Positions 1 to 10,645 of a stretch of 64,000 nucleotides of DNA are shown here, one piece after another. This stretch comes from a virus (taxonomy: Duplodnaviria > Caudoviricetes). The notes beneath the pieces are model-generated. The model was not told the DNA's origin. It saw only the letters and a list, made by a program, of their open reading frames with translations, and made no database searches. The stretch covers positions 1,559 to 65,558 of the IMG/VR virus record IMGVR_UViG_2909633642_000001; one strand, given 5' to 3'. Positions within the stretch are counted from its first letter, which is position 1, and each line of letters opens with the position of its first letter. The translations under genes were made by a program, and so were the position numbers.

Positions 1-429
1 CGTCAGATTCCGAAGGGCGCGGCCGTGGCCGTTGACCGATCGGGTGTTGGGGCGGGTGCGCTCGGAAACCTACGGCGGGATGGGATTGCGGCCTGTCCGT
101 TCGATTGGGGCGGCGCGGCAACCGACCCGGTGCAATTCCTGAATGCCAAAGCCGAACAGTTCTGGCGATTGCGGATGGCATTTGAAAAGGGTGAGGCTGC
201 CATCGCACCGTTGGGTGATGTTGAGGATCAGTTGTTCACAGAAATGAGCGCGATCTGGTGGGAATTGACCGCCGCCGACAAAATCCGAATCGAGGATAAG
301 GGCAAGACCAGGGCGCGGTTGGGTCGATCACCGAACCTTGCGGATGCCGTTGTGGGCGGGCATTCCGCGCCGAAAGCGGTTGGTCGGATCGTGGCGGGTG
401 TGCGGCCGTGGGGATTGGCTGGGTTTTGA
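1..429 (+). CDS. Terminase large subunit, C-terminal part (5' truncated)
   Basis: Frame open from base 1; AVDRSGVGAG and LGRSPNLADA motifs typical of terminase nuclease domains; lies just upstream of the portal. Confidence 0.85.
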   Translation, partial: RQIPKGAAVAVDRSGVGAGALGNLRRDGIAACPFDWGGAATDPVQFLNAKAEQFWRLRMAFEKGEAAIAPLGDVEDQLFTEMSAIWWELTAADKIRIEDKGKTRARLGRSPNLADAVVGGHSAPKAVGRIVAGVRPWGLAGF

Positions 430-430
430 A

Positions 431-474
431 GTTAACCACCCCCATCCCGCCCCATCCGGCACGATGGAAGCATC
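431..474 (+). promoter_or_regulatory. Putative late promoter motif upstream of portal
   Basis: GTTAACC-N20-GGCACGATGGAAGCATC; same spacing recurs upstream of gpJ and gpX. Confidence 0.6.
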
Positions 475-483
475 CGAGACCTG

Positions 484-2184
484 TTGCCACCCATGCCCCA
501 AGGATTAACCACGCCCAATCGAATTGCTGGATACGAGAACGATCCAAGATATTGGCTCCCGTCCGGCGAAATTCCAATTGAGGATTTGTTATTACGAAAT
601 ATCCTCAGTTCGGATATTTCAAAATATGATGAAATCCTCAAAGACCCGAACGCTTTAGCGTGTCTTCAAAACCGAATCGGTGCAACACTATCGCGAGAAG
701 TTCGGGTGGTTCCCGCGTCCGAAAAACGAGCGGATAAAAAAGCAGCCGACTTGGTTTCTGAGCAGCTTTTAGGTGTTCGTTGGGCGGGGGCGAAACGAGA
801 ATCGGGCGCACCTTCCAGCGTCAACTTCGATCAGTTTTGCTCATCTTTAATGATGGCAATTCTCAGAGGATTCCAGGCGGTAGAGGTCTCATGGCAGAAG
901 GGGCGATCCGGTTGGCAGATTGCGGGGTTCACTCCCATTCCGTCACGCCGAATTAAGTTCGAGTTGGTGACAAAAGACACGCCACGAAATGCTGTCACCC
1001 ACATGGGATATGCCGTTAAGATTCTGACGCGCGATAAGCCATTCCGAGGGGAGTTTATCACCACGCCCTATCGAATCCTGGTTTACACATTTGATATCGG
1101 CGGCGGCTCCAATCCTTACGGGTTAGGGTTAGGCTCTGTCCTTTGGTGGTATTACCAATTCAAAAAGGATTGCCTTAAGGATTGGCTAGTTGCGGTTAGT
1201 CGAGCCACGGCTTTGATTAGGGCAATGTTTCCCGCTGGCGTGGGTGAGGGGCATCCCGTGTATGAAGAGGTTAAATCATTTCTTGAGTATTTCGCCCCTG
1301 AACATCACCTGATAGCTCCCGATGGCGTGGTGATTGACTTCTTGGAATCAACACGAAATGATCGGGATATTCAGCACACGATGGTTGAATTTCTCGATAA
1401 TCAGATCGCCCGCGTCATCGGTGGTCAGACCGCTTTAACCAATCAGCAATCAGGCGGTGGCTCCCGCGCTCGGGATGAAGTGGCCGAACGGGTGGCGATG
1501 AAGCTAGCCAAGTCCGATTCGGACGCTTTGAGCGGTGCGGCGTTGAATACCCTGGCTGAATGGATCACGCGACTGAATTTCCCATCCGCCCAAGCCCCAA
1601 CCATCTGGCGTGACTTCGATGATGTCGAGAATCTGACGGAACGGGCGGATCGTGACCAGAAGTTGGCGGCGGCAACCGGCCGGAAGCTTGACCCGGATTA
1701 CGTTACGGAAATTTACGGGACGGTATTTGCGGAACCTGAGCCGGTCGCTCCCATCCCGCCCGATCCGAATGCCGATCGGCTCAATCCCGAACCCCCTGCC
1801 TTCAGCTTGACCGGCAAGTTCGATTCGGTGTTTGACGCGGCCAATATCGAGCTTTTGCAGGCAGAGCAGAAACGGCGTGGTGAGGTCTGGAACTCGATTC
1901 AGGGTGCGCCGTATGTCCGGTATGTCCGGGTGCGAGAGGTGCAAAACCCGCGCGAAACCCACACGGCGATGGAGGGCAAAGTTTTCCCGAACGATGCCGC
2001 CTTCTGGTCAAAAGCTTGCCCGCCATCAGCCTTTTACTGCGGACACTCCCTAGAGCCGGTCGGGTCGGATTACGACGGGGAAATCACGCCCTTGCCCCAA
2101 GATGCTGAGACCCTCCGGCATTTGATCGAATGGGAAGGCTACGACGAAACGAATCGGAAATACTTCGAGTTGGGTGGTGATTGA
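484..2184 (+). CDS. Portal protein (DUF935/Mu gp29-like) fused to a C-terminal Mu gpF-like head morphogenesis domain
   Basis: DUF935-like features (YGLGL..L.W, IGGQTALT, RARDEV); C-terminal PRETHTAMEGKVF..DAAFW..CPP..FYCGH resembles MuF. Confidence 0.85.
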   Translation: MPPMPQGLTTPNRIAGYENDPRYWLPSGEIPIEDLLLRNILSSDISKYDEILKDPNALACLQNRIGATLSREVRVVPASEKRADKKAADLVSEQLLGVRWAGAKRESGAPSSVNFDQFCSSLMMAILRGFQAVEVSWQKGRSGWQIAGFTPIPSRRIKFELVTKDTPRNAVTHMGYAVKILTRDKPFRGEFITTPYRILVYTFDIGGGSNPYGLGLGSVLWWYYQFKKDCLKDWLVAVSRATALIRAMFPAGVGEGHPVYEEVKSFLEYFAPEHHLIAPDGVVIDFLESTRNDRDIQHTMVEFLDNQIARVIGGQTALTNQQSGGGSRARDEVAERVAMKLAKSDSDALSGAALNTLAEWITRLNFPSAQAPTIWRDFDDVENLTERADRDQKLAAATGRKLDPDYVTEIYGTVFAEPEPVAPIPPDPNADRLNPEPPAFSLTGKFDSVFDAANIELLQAEQKRRGEVWNSIQGAPYVRYVRVREVQNPRETHTAMEGKVFPNDAAFWSKACPPSAFYCGHSLEPVGSDYDGEITPLPQDAETLRHLIEWEGYDETNRKYFELGGD

Positions 2185-2918
2185 TGAATCCAATTCAGCC
2201 ATCGATTGCTCAAGATGACCGGACGCAAGCGCTTTGGAAGTTGATCGCGGCATACGCCGATCTGCCTTACTCCAACGCCCTGGTGTACGACTTTGACCGG
2301 GTGACGGCCACGGCCATTCCAAGCCTGATCACCCAACTCAGCGCTTCCGAGTTCGTCGTTCCCGAGATGACGGAATCGGAATACCGGGAACTGCTGTGGC
2401 GGTCAATCGAGTTGCATCGCACCAAAGGAACCCCGTTTGCAGTGAAGCGGGCCCTTGGGGTCTTAGGGATTTCCAGCGTGGTGATTTCTGAGTGGTGGCA
2501 ATCCATCCCACGCCGTCAAGTCCACACCTTCAGGGTCGCGATCGATGGCGAGGGATTGCCATCGGGTGATCCGCGATTTGATGTATCCGACCCAGCATTT
2601 TGGGCCAAGGCCTATCAGTTGATCGAAGCCGCCAAACCAGCCCGGTCGGGTTTTGAATTGGCCATTGCAACCCGTCCACAGTTGGGCCCGGCTCGGGTCG
2701 CGGCATCCAAAAGAGGGACGGTGATTGCCAGGGTTAACGCCGGGATTCCACGCCCAAAGGCAACAATCAGGGCAGCGGCCGGCAAACGACTAACCGCTAG
2801 GCTCACGGTCTCGACTCCTAAGATCCCAACCGTGGTCTCGACTCAATCGGGATTGCGGTTGGGTTTCCAGGGCGGCGGCCGGCTTGCTCTCGATTTGCCC
2901 GTGACGGGGGTTCCTTAA
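2181..2918 (+). CDS. Baseplate/tail protein, P2 gpI-like
   Basis: YRELL..SIELHRTKGTPFAVKRALGVLG..ISEWW is a typical gpI signature. Confidence 0.85.
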   Translation: MMNPIQPSIAQDDRTQALWKLIAAYADLPYSNALVYDFDRVTATAIPSLITQLSASEFVVPEMTESEYRELLWRSIELHRTKGTPFAVKRALGVLGISSVVISEWWQSIPRRQVHTFRVAIDGEGLPSGDPRFDVSDPAFWAKAYQLIEAAKPARSGFELAIATRPQLGPARVAASKRGTVIARVNAGIPRPKATIRAAAGKRLTARLTVSTPKIPTVVSTQSGLRLGFQGGGRLALDLPVTGVP

Positions 2919-5900
2919 TGCCAGACCAATTCGATATCACCGTCTCCGATCTTGAGACCCTACCCGGCGCTGACCTTCAAGATGGCGACCGGCTTTTGGT
3001 GTCGCGTCCGGGCGCGTTCGACAAGACCGTGACTTGGGGCGCGGTGAAGGAAGAGTTGGGGGTTGGGGTTGACCTGACTGCATTGCAGGCGCAAGTGGCG
3101 GGCAAGGCCAATGCGATCCACCAACACAGCCCCATCGACATCTTGCAGCGAGGGGAGCCAAACGGTTTCGCCACATTGGACGCGACGGGCAAGATTCCGA
3201 TCCTTCAGATTCCCGATGGGATTGGGGGCGGATCCGTGGGTGGCATTGAAGATGTGCCGGGGCTGCAAACCGCATTGGACGGGAAAGCGCCGATCACCCA
3301 CACTCAGGGAATTTCCACGATCACCGGACTCCAGACCGCATTGGATGGAAAAGCGCCGTCCGTCCACTCTCACGTCATTGCTGATGTGACCGGATTGCAG
3401 CCCGCCCTTGACGCTCGGGTATTGAGCAGTACGGTAGGGCAACCGTCCGGCGTGGCTTCTCTCGGTTCCGATGGCAAAATCCCGCCCGGTCAAATCCCGT
3501 CGCTGGCCATTGGCGAAACGTTCGTGGTGGCTTCCGAAGCGGCAATGCTGGCATTAACCGCCCAGCAGGGGGATGTTGCCCGCCGAACGGATACCGGGCA
3601 AACTTTTATCCTTCAGACGGAACCGGCTTCCACCCTTGCCAACTGGGTTCAAATTTCTGCTACCACGTCCGTCTCATCCGTTAATGGCGATATCGGTGAT
3701 GTGATTCTTACGATCACCGATATTCCAGGCTTGCAGACCGCGCTCGACTCGAAAGCCGCAACCGCTCACGTCCATTCGGGTGCGGATATCACATCCGGGC
3801 TAGTCTCGGTCGCACGGCTTGGCGCGGGTACTCCATCGGCAGCGAACTATCTGAGAGGGGATGGCTCATGGGTGGCTCCGAACGTGGCCGCGATTACCGG
3901 ACTCCAGACCGCGCTAGATGAAAAGCTCGCAACCGCATCCAACGCGGCCTCACAAGGTTTGGTCTTGACGGCAACGGGCGCAACCGCTTGGGAATGGAAA
4001 CAGCCATCGGGCGGCGGTGGCACTCCAGTCGATGCGAACGGGCATCCCGTGATCGGGGGCGTGGCTCCGGTTGCCGCTGTCGATTGGCGCGGTGGGGTCT
4101 CAGAGGTCGTGTCTGGGTTCCCTGCCTTCTCAGGTACAACCAGCGCCTACCGGGCTAACTCACGTCGGCTGTACGTAACCGCCGCAACCGCTCGGCTCCA
4201 TTACGCTCCCGACGCGGCCGGGCTGTTGGCAGAGGGGCAAATTCGGAATTATTGCGCCTATAACACTTCTGTTACGGGATGGACGGTGGTGAGCGCAACG
4301 GTGGCGGCCACATCGGGCGTGAACAATCCCGGTGGTACAGCCGGGGCGGTGCAAGTTGGCTCGACACTCTCAGGCGGATACACCCAACAAAGCGTGGTCT
4401 CGGTTCCCACCGAAGGGGCGGGCAACTACGCGGTCTCGGGATTTTTCCGGGCTGGCTCTGCCTCGGTCGTGACCCTGTGGCTGTCAGGCGACAACGGCAC
4501 GACCTTCTCCCGTTGCGCCTTTGACCTGACCACCGGGATTGCCACGCCCGACAACAGCGCCATCGTGCCCAGCAACATCCGAGTCGAGCGCTACCCGAAC
4601 GGTTGGTGGTATGTCGGATTTGTCGCAAACCTGGCATCGGTGGCAAATACCCGGATCCGAATTTATCCAGGCGGATTGGCGGGCGCGGTGGGCACGGTGG
4701 TGTTTTGGGGTACGCAGATCGCCCCGGCTGGATACGTGCCAAACCTTGGAACCTTGACTACGACGGCAGTTGCAACCAAGGTAATCGACACTCGCAGTTC
4801 GACACTTTCAACCCCGCTCACGCCTGCCGATTCAGCTTCAATCTACGCAGAGCTTTATCCCGGTGCGGCGGTTGATGGCTGTTTGTTTGCCTTGGGAGCC
4901 ACCACAGGCTCAAAGCCCCGGATCGAAATTCGTCGTACCGCGTCCGGCGATGGCGGGCTGATTCGGGCGTTCAACACAGCAGGCGTTCAGGTTTACTCCC
5001 AATCGATCACGCTGGGCACGGGGTTGACTCGGATCGCCCTGTCGGCGGGTTCCGATTCGACTTTGATCGCCGTAAACGGTACGACCTTTGCGGTTGCCGC
5101 GTCGCTCGATTGGTTGGCGATGACTCGGGTTGCGGTGGGCACGGACATCGACCTACTGAACTCGCCAGCCGGGGCTTTGTTCTTGCGGCTCCTGCTTTAC
5201 CCGTCTGTGTTTAGCATCGAGAACCTATCGGGTCTGTCGCTGGGCGGGTCTATCGGTGGTGGCTCCGGTGGCTCCGGTGGCGGTGGTAGCGTCACGCTTC
5301 CGATTGCCATCTCGGATGTGTCGGGTCTGACCGCTGTGTTGGATGGGAAGCTTGATGATTCGCAGTTAGCCCAACCGTCTGGGGTTGCGTCCCTCGATCC
5401 ATCCGGGCTAGTGCCAGTGGCTCAACTGCCCATCGTCACCACTTCGATTGCAGGGGCCATGACCGCTGCTGACAAAGCCAAGCTTGACGGGGTGGCCGCA
5501 GGCGCGACCGCCAATGCAACGGACGCTCAACTCAGAGATCGCGCAACTCATACCGGAACCCAGGCAATCGCCACGATCACGGGACTCCAAGCCGCGTTGG
5601 ACGCAAAAGCCGCGTCAGTCCACACCCACATTGCATCTGACATCACATCCGGCACGTTTACCACGGCACGGCTCGGGTCTGGCACGGCTAACGCCGGGGC
5701 ATATCTCAGGGGGGATTCATCCTGGCAAGCTTTGAACGTTGCCGCTGTCTCAGGATTGCAAGCCGCTCTGGACGCAAAAGCCGCGCTAACCCATACCCAC
5801 GTCATCTCAGATGTGACTGGGTTGCAGGCGGCTCTGGATGCAAGGGTGCTGACCTCATCCTTGGGTGTCTCGGGTGGCGTGGCGACTCTGGACGGGACGG

Positions 5901-7399
5901 GCAAAATCCCGAACGCTCAATTGCCCGCGCTGGCCATCACCGAAGTGTTCACGGTGGCATCGGAAGCCGCGATGCTGGCATTGGCCGCCCAGACTGGCGA
6001 CTTAGCCCGCCGTACCGATGTGAGCCGTACCTTCATCCTCACGGCGGAACCGGCAACGACCCTATCGAACTGGGTTGAATGGCTGATCCCTCCCGATATC
6101 GTGACTTCGGTTGCGGGCAAGACCGGGGCGGTGACGCTGGCAATTGCCGACACCGTGGGGCTTCAGGCGGCATTGGATGGGAAATCGGCTCTATCTCACA
6201 CCCACGCGGCCGCTGATGTCACGTCTGGCGTTTTCGCATCCGCACGGCTCGGAACCGGATCGCCATCGGCGGCGAACTATCTGAGAGGGGATGGGGCATG
6301 GGCGGCCATTGCCCAATCCGATGTCACGGGACTGGTGACCGCTCTCTCAGGCAAGCTCGACACGACCGCGCGGGGTGCTGCAAATGGCGTGGCCAGTCTG
6401 GACGCATCAACGCTAATCCCATCCGCCCAAATCCCGACCCTGGCCCTCTCGAAGCTTTCGACATCAGGCGCAACAACTGGGCAAGTTGTGACCTTTGATG
6501 GGTCGGCAATCGTCTGGAGTACGGCGGCCGGCGGTGGCAACCTGGCTTGGACAGTCCGAATCGCTAACGCCACACTCAGCGCCAATGAGAATTGCGTGGC
6601 TGATGGAAGCGTGACCGAACTAACCTTGCCAGCCAGTGCCTCTGGCTCTCACAACGTGATCAACGACACCACGGCGGCGATCACGATTGTGCGCGGTGGA
6701 ACGGCAACGATATCGGGGATTGCTCGGTCAACAGGCGCGGCAATTGCAGCAACAGATCGGGTTCGGATTTTGCCGGGTCAGCGCGGAGTCTTTATCGCAA
6801 GTGGAGGTAACTGGATTGCTCAAGGGTGCGAGCCACCCTCCTTGGTTTTTGCCTACGGCGGAACACCGTTGGCCAATAACCCTCAAAATCCCAACAGCGC
6901 TCACGGTCTCTTCCATTGGCTTGGTGGCGGCTCTGGATCCTATGTCAACCCCGTCACTAATGGAGTTGTTATTGCTGCTACTAGCGGTGAGCTGGCGAAC
7001 ACGGTAGCAAACCTTACAGATCGTGTTGCAAGCGGACAAAACGTCCACACTTCCTCCCTTGCGAACTCTTGGCGCGGCTGGCAGTTTCAAAAACAGTTTC
7101 GCTGTACTGGTTTCTGGATCCAGCTTGGCGGGATTGGTGGGTCAGACCCTCGCTCTTTTGCCTTGCGAGTAAATACCGGCACTGGACTAAGTAGTGCCAC
7201 AGAGGTTACCAACTGGACATTGGTACAAAGCTGGACAGGACAATCTCAATTGACGGGGGTAAATAATTATTTTTTCTTCCCCGTCACGACTCCAGTAAGT
7301 GGCAATCAATTGGCACTCATTCAAACGGCGGCAAATAGCAACGGCAGTCTTATTTTTGTCTTCCAAGAAATTGAGTTATTTGGGGAGTACGAGCCGTGA
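2918..7399 (+). CDS. Long tail fibre protein with internal repeats
   Basis: 1493 aa; many GLQ.ALD.KA..H.H repeats, duplicated VASEAAMLAL..GD.ARRTD blocks and beta-rich domains; follows gpI. Confidence 0.8.
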   Translation: MPDQFDITVSDLETLPGADLQDGDRLLVSRPGAFDKTVTWGAVKEELGVGVDLTALQAQVAGKANAIHQHSPIDILQRGEPNGFATLDATGKIPILQIPDGIGGGSVGGIEDVPGLQTALDGKAPITHTQGISTITGLQTALDGKAPSVHSHVIADVTGLQPALDARVLSSTVGQPSGVASLGSDGKIPPGQIPSLAIGETFVVASEAAMLALTAQQGDVARRTDTGQTFILQTEPASTLANWVQISATTSVSSVNGDIGDVILTITDIPGLQTALDSKAATAHVHSGADITSGLVSVARLGAGTPSAANYLRGDGSWVAPNVAAITGLQTALDEKLATASNAASQGLVLTATGATAWEWKQPSGGGGTPVDANGHPVIGGVAPVAAVDWRGGVSEVVSGFPAFSGTTSAYRANSRRLYVTAATARLHYAPDAAGLLAEGQIRNYCAYNTSVTGWTVVSATVAATSGVNNPGGTAGAVQVGSTLSGGYTQQSVVSVPTEGAGNYAVSGFFRAGSASVVTLWLSGDNGTTFSRCAFDLTTGIATPDNSAIVPSNIRVERYPNGWWYVGFVANLASVANTRIRIYPGGLAGAVGTVVFWGTQIAPAGYVPNLGTLTTTAVATKVIDTRSSTLSTPLTPADSASIYAELYPGAAVDGCLFALGATTGSKPRIEIRRTASGDGGLIRAFNTAGVQVYSQSITLGTGLTRIALSAGSDSTLIAVNGTTFAVAASLDWLAMTRVAVGTDIDLLNSPAGALFLRLLLYPSVFSIENLSGLSLGGSIGGGSGGSGGGGSVTLPIAISDVSGLTAVLDGKLDDSQLAQPSGVASLDPSGLVPVAQLPIVTTSIAGAMTAADKAKLDGVAAGATANATDAQLRDRATHTGTQAIATITGLQAALDAKAASVHTHIASDITSGTFTTARLGSGTANAGAYLRGDSSWQALNVAAVSGLQAALDAKAALTHTHVISDVTGLQAALDARVLTSSLGVSGGVATLDGTGKIPNAQLPALAITEVFTVASEAAMLALAAQTGDLARRTDVSRTFILTAEPATTLSNWVEWLIPPDIVTSVAGKTGAVTLAIADTVGLQAALDGKSALSHTHAAADVTSGVFASARLGTGSPSAANYLRGDGAWAAIAQSDVTGLVTALSGKLDTTARGAANGVASLDASTLIPSAQIPTLALSKLSTSGATTGQVVTFDGSAIVWSTAAGGGNLAWTVRIANATLSANENCVADGSVTELTLPASASGSHNVINDTTAAITIVRGGTATISGIARSTGAAIAATDRVRILPGQRGVFIASGGNWIAQGCEPPSLVFAYGGTPLANNPQNPNSAHGLFHWLGGGSGSYVNPVTNGVVIAATSGELANTVANLTDRVASGQNVHTSSLANSWRGWQFQKQFRCTGFWIQLGGIGGSDPRSFALRVNTGTGLSSATEVTNWTLVQSWTGQSQLTGVNNYFFFPVTTPVSGNQLALIQTAANSNGSLIFVFQEIELFGEYEP

Positions 7400-7770
7400 T
7401 CCACAAATTCGCGCACAACGGCTTGACGTTTGAGATTGGGGTTCCTGACGGGATGACTCCATCGGAAGCTCAACACGCTCATCTAATTAATGTCGATTCT
7501 GCTTACAGATGGCTCTCATTTCGTCGCGCGTTGCTGTCAACAACCGAGTACCAAAATGCCGTAGCGATTGGGTTAACCTCACCCAATGTTACTCTCGCCA
7601 TAACGTTATTGGCATCAGCAATTGATGCCTGCTGTTCTTATGGAGCGGAACCCGACGAAGTGATGGCGTTTCTGTCAGCAATTGACCTGCTGAAATTGCA
7701 GCTACCTTCACCCGATGGCGACCCAATTCGCTCTCGCCTCGACGCTTTGATTCTGGAGTTTCAGTTATGA
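7396..7770 (+). CDS. Small protein downstream of fibre (possible fibre assembly chaperone)
   Basis: Overlapping start/stop coupling on both sides; function inferred from position only. Confidence 0.5.
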   Translation: MIHKFAHNGLTFEIGVPDGMTPSEAQHAHLINVDSAYRWLSFRRALLSTTEYQNAVAIGLTSPNVTLAITLLASAIDACCSYGAEPDEVMAFLSAIDLLKLQLPSPDGDPIRSRLDALILEFQL

Positions 7771-8285
7771 TCCCAGCCCTCATCACCAACGCAGGCATCA
7801 CAGCCGCCACCGACGCTCGGATCGCGGGTCTGTCGGTACAGATCGTGGAAATCGCGATCGGTACAGGCACTTACGCCACACCACCCAACGGAACCGAGAC
7901 CGCGCTCAAGAGCGAGATCGCCCGATTCCCGGTCTCGGACTGGACAGACTCAGGCCCGAATGAGGTGTCGATTGCGGGCTACCTCACAGACCCAGGATTG
8001 GAGACCCCGATCACCGAAGTGGGGTGCTTCCTCGATACGGGTGAGCTTTTCGCAATCGCAGCCCGATCAACCCCGCCGCTGCTCTACAAGTCCACTGCCG
8101 TCTCCGATCTACTGGTGGAAATCACCCTAGCCCTGTCGGGACTCCCCATCGAAGCGATCACGATCACCGATGACGGCAACGATTTGACCATGCTGTGCGA
8201 CGTGCCCTGGTTGACCCAGAACACGCTCGATATGACCAAGATCACCATCCTCACGAACCAATCCCTCAAGCTCGCCACCCTTTAA
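7767..8285 (+). CDS. Tail fibre attachment protein (P2 gpH N-terminal/DUF3751-like, stand-alone)
   Basis: ITNAG.....IVEIAIGTG......ETAL..EIARFP...EVGCF...GELFA pattern. Confidence 0.7.
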   Translation: MIPALITNAGITAATDARIAGLSVQIVEIAIGTGTYATPPNGTETALKSEIARFPVSDWTDSGPNEVSIAGYLTDPGLETPITEVGCFLDTGELFAIAARSTPPLLYKSTAVSDLLVEITLALSGLPIEAITITDDGNDLTMLCDVPWLTQNTLDMTKITILTNQSLKLATL

Positions 8286-8288
8286 GCC

Positions 8289-10244
8289 ATGCCTAGCACT
8301 ATCGCCCAACGTTTTGCCGAAAACACTGAAGCCCTCAACACCCTGACGCTCGCGGTGCAATCTGCCATCGCCACATCGTCATCTGTGGGTGGCCGTCCCG
8401 TTGATTTGACCGGGTTGGTTGATGGCGTTTTGCTCCAGTACCAAGCCGCTGGGAATAAGTGGGTTGTGATTACCCCGGATACCCTAAAACTGGCTCTCGA
8501 CTTGCCCGCCAACTTTGCCGTGGACTTGACCGGCGTGGCTGATGGCTACACCTTGGCGTGGGATGCCGCCCAATCCCGTTTCGAGCCAATCCCGCCGTTG
8601 GGAAACACCGGGGGCGGTGCAGCCGTGGCCGCCAACATCGCTTCGATTCAGGTGGCAAGCGGCGTGACCAAGACCGTTTCGCTCGGGATTGTGGACACGA
8701 CCTCGCAGGTTCAGGACGCGGGGGCCTCGACAGTACCCAAGCCGCTGATTCCAGTGCTAACCAGTGACATCTCAGCTAGCCCGATCTTGGTTGGGAGTCG
8801 GGACAGGGCGTACAACGTTATTAAACCCGACCGCATTCCTTACTCTGATCAATCAACTTGGCAGATTTTTGATCAAAGCATTGATACGGCGGTTGTGTTA
8901 TCGCCCTTTTCCTCTACGCCAACATCCTATCCAACTTGGGTGATTGTGAGCTTCGGTAGCCCTACTCGGGTCACGTCTTATTCGGTACAGGTGGCAATCG
9001 GCACTTATCCCACTAACTGGACGCTGCAAGGTAAAGATGGGACACTCGCCAACTTTCAAGACGATTCGGGATGGACAACGGTTGACACTCAATCCATTGC
9101 AGTCTCAGGTGGAAACGCATGGAAATCTTACGAAACAAAGGTTTTCGCATTGTCAACCGCTCAAACCTATCGCCACTGGCGCTTTCGGATCACGGGCACT
9201 AGCGACACCTTGTACGTGCATCCTGTTATTGCTGGCTTCCAACTGTTTGGTGGTGCATCGGCCACCGGCAGCGTGACCGCATCGGTTGCAGCCGGGCCGC
9301 AACGGGCGGTCTACGAATCCCGTGTATTTGCCGTCGCTGCTGACGATGATCGGGTGATCGCCACAGTGGGCAGCGATGAAGGTTCGGATCGAATCTTCGC
9401 AATCGATTCGACATCGAAAGCAATTACCCAGGACTTTTCGCTGTCGGGCGGTTCGATCTACCAAGTTCAGTACAACCTGCTAGCACCCAACAATGCATTT
9501 CTCTACTCGACAGCTACCGAAGCTTCGGGACGGGTCGCGGTACAGGCATCCGAAAACCGCGCCTATGTAGCCGCTGGGTCTCAGATCCTTGAAGTCGCCA
9601 TCGATGCCCAGACCACAACGGTGATTGACGTTGGCGGGACAAGCTTCATCGAAGGTCTAGCTGTTGTGGGTGGCAAGCTCTACGCGGTTGACCGCGCCAA
9701 CAACCGAGTGGCGGTGATCGACCGGGCAACGCGCACTCAGACCACGACGGTCACGGTCGGCAGTAGTCCGATCGGCATCGATTTTGACTCAGTGCAGCAA
9801 ACCCTGTTTGTGGCTAACTCAGGCAGCAACAACGTGACCCTGATTTCATCCGTCACCGATACCCCGATTACCACCGTGGCGGTCGGGTCGTTCCCGATTG
9901 GGGTTGGGGTTGATTCGGTCTTGGGTCGGGCTGTTGTAGCCAACCGGGGTTCAGGGAACGTGACGATCCTCAACACCATCTCAGGTGCGGCGGTCGGGTC
10001 GGTGGCCATCGGGACTACGGCGCGTCCGGTGTCAGTGGCGATTGACTCTGCCAATGGTCGGGCGTTTGTGGCCTGTGAGGGCTATCACCAATTGGTGGCG
10101 ATCCGATTGAGTGACAACCAACGGGTGGCCCGCATCCCGGTTGCCCCCGAACCCATCTCAGCGACGTTCGTTGCGGCAACCTCTGAGGTTTACGTGGCCT
10201 CTCGGGATGGGGCAATTTCCGTGGTCAAATCGTTGGCAGGCTAA
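8289..10244 (+). CDS. Putative receptor-binding protein with discoidin-like domain and YVTN/YncE beta-propeller
   Basis: WVIVSFG.P.RVTSY..W.LQG..W..VD..YRHWRF discoidin-like segment; repeated V.VG..P.GI..D....YVAN..S.NVT.I propeller blades. Confidence 0.75.
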   Translation: MPSTIAQRFAENTEALNTLTLAVQSAIATSSSVGGRPVDLTGLVDGVLLQYQAAGNKWVVITPDTLKLALDLPANFAVDLTGVADGYTLAWDAAQSRFEPIPPLGNTGGGAAVAANIASIQVASGVTKTVSLGIVDTTSQVQDAGASTVPKPLIPVLTSDISASPILVGSRDRAYNVIKPDRIPYSDQSTWQIFDQSIDTAVVLSPFSSTPTSYPTWVIVSFGSPTRVTSYSVQVAIGTYPTNWTLQGKDGTLANFQDDSGWTTVDTQSIAVSGGNAWKSYETKVFALSTAQTYRHWRFRITGTSDTLYVHPVIAGFQLFGGASATGSVTASVAAGPQRAVYESRVFAVAADDDRVIATVGSDEGSDRIFAIDSTSKAITQDFSLSGGSIYQVQYNLLAPNNAFLYSTATEASGRVAVQASENRAYVAAGSQILEVAIDAQTTTVIDVGGTSFIEGLAVVGGKLYAVDRANNRVAVIDRATRTQTTTVTVGSSPIGIDFDSVQQTLFVANSGSNNVTLISSVTDTPITTVAVGSFPIGVGVDSVLGRAVVANRGSGNVTILNTISGAAVGSVAIGTTARPVSVAIDSANGRAFVACEGYHQLVAIRLSDNQRVARIPVAPEPISATFVAATSEVYVASRDGAISVVKSLAG

Positions 10245-10246
10245 CC

Positions 10247-10645
10247 ATGTCTCTCTCATTCACGATTGACGGCCCGGCCCTAACCGACCTTCAGCGCATC
10301 CGATCCAAGCTGCATGACCTATCGGAGCTGGTCACCCAATTGGGTGAGATGCAACACCAGATGACGATGGAGGATTATTCGAGCCAAGTCAGTCCCGATG
10401 GAGCCGGATGGGTTGGCGGGCCCAACTACCACGGGTTGGTGGAATCGGGGGCGATGCAAGGCGGGATTACCCTATCGACAGGGGGCAACACCGCCACGAT
10501 CACCGCGTCCGATTTCAAGTCGCCGTTCCACAATTTCGGAACATCTCGCGGCATCCCACCCCGCCCCTTCATCGGCATCGGGGCCCGGCATGAGGCAAAA
10601 CTGAAAGAGACGGCAGAGCAGTGGCTTCAGTCGTTGCTCGGTTAG
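10247..10645 (+). CDS. Virion morphogenesis protein (Mu gpG-like)
   Basis: SPDG..W, HNFGT..IPPRPFIGI motifs. Confidence 0.85.
   Translation: MSLSFTIDGPALTDLQRIRSKLHDLSELVTQLGEMQHQMTMEDYSSQVSPDGAGWVGGPNYHGLVESGAMQGGITLSTGGNTATITASDFKSPFHNFGTSRGIPPRPFIGIGARHEAKLKETAEQWLQSLLG

Noticed and set aside
2918-10244. Diversity-generating retroelement or invertible fibre cassette
   Set aside because: No reverse transcriptase, no template/variable repeat pair with adenine-specific differences, and no invertase or inverted fibre halves seen.
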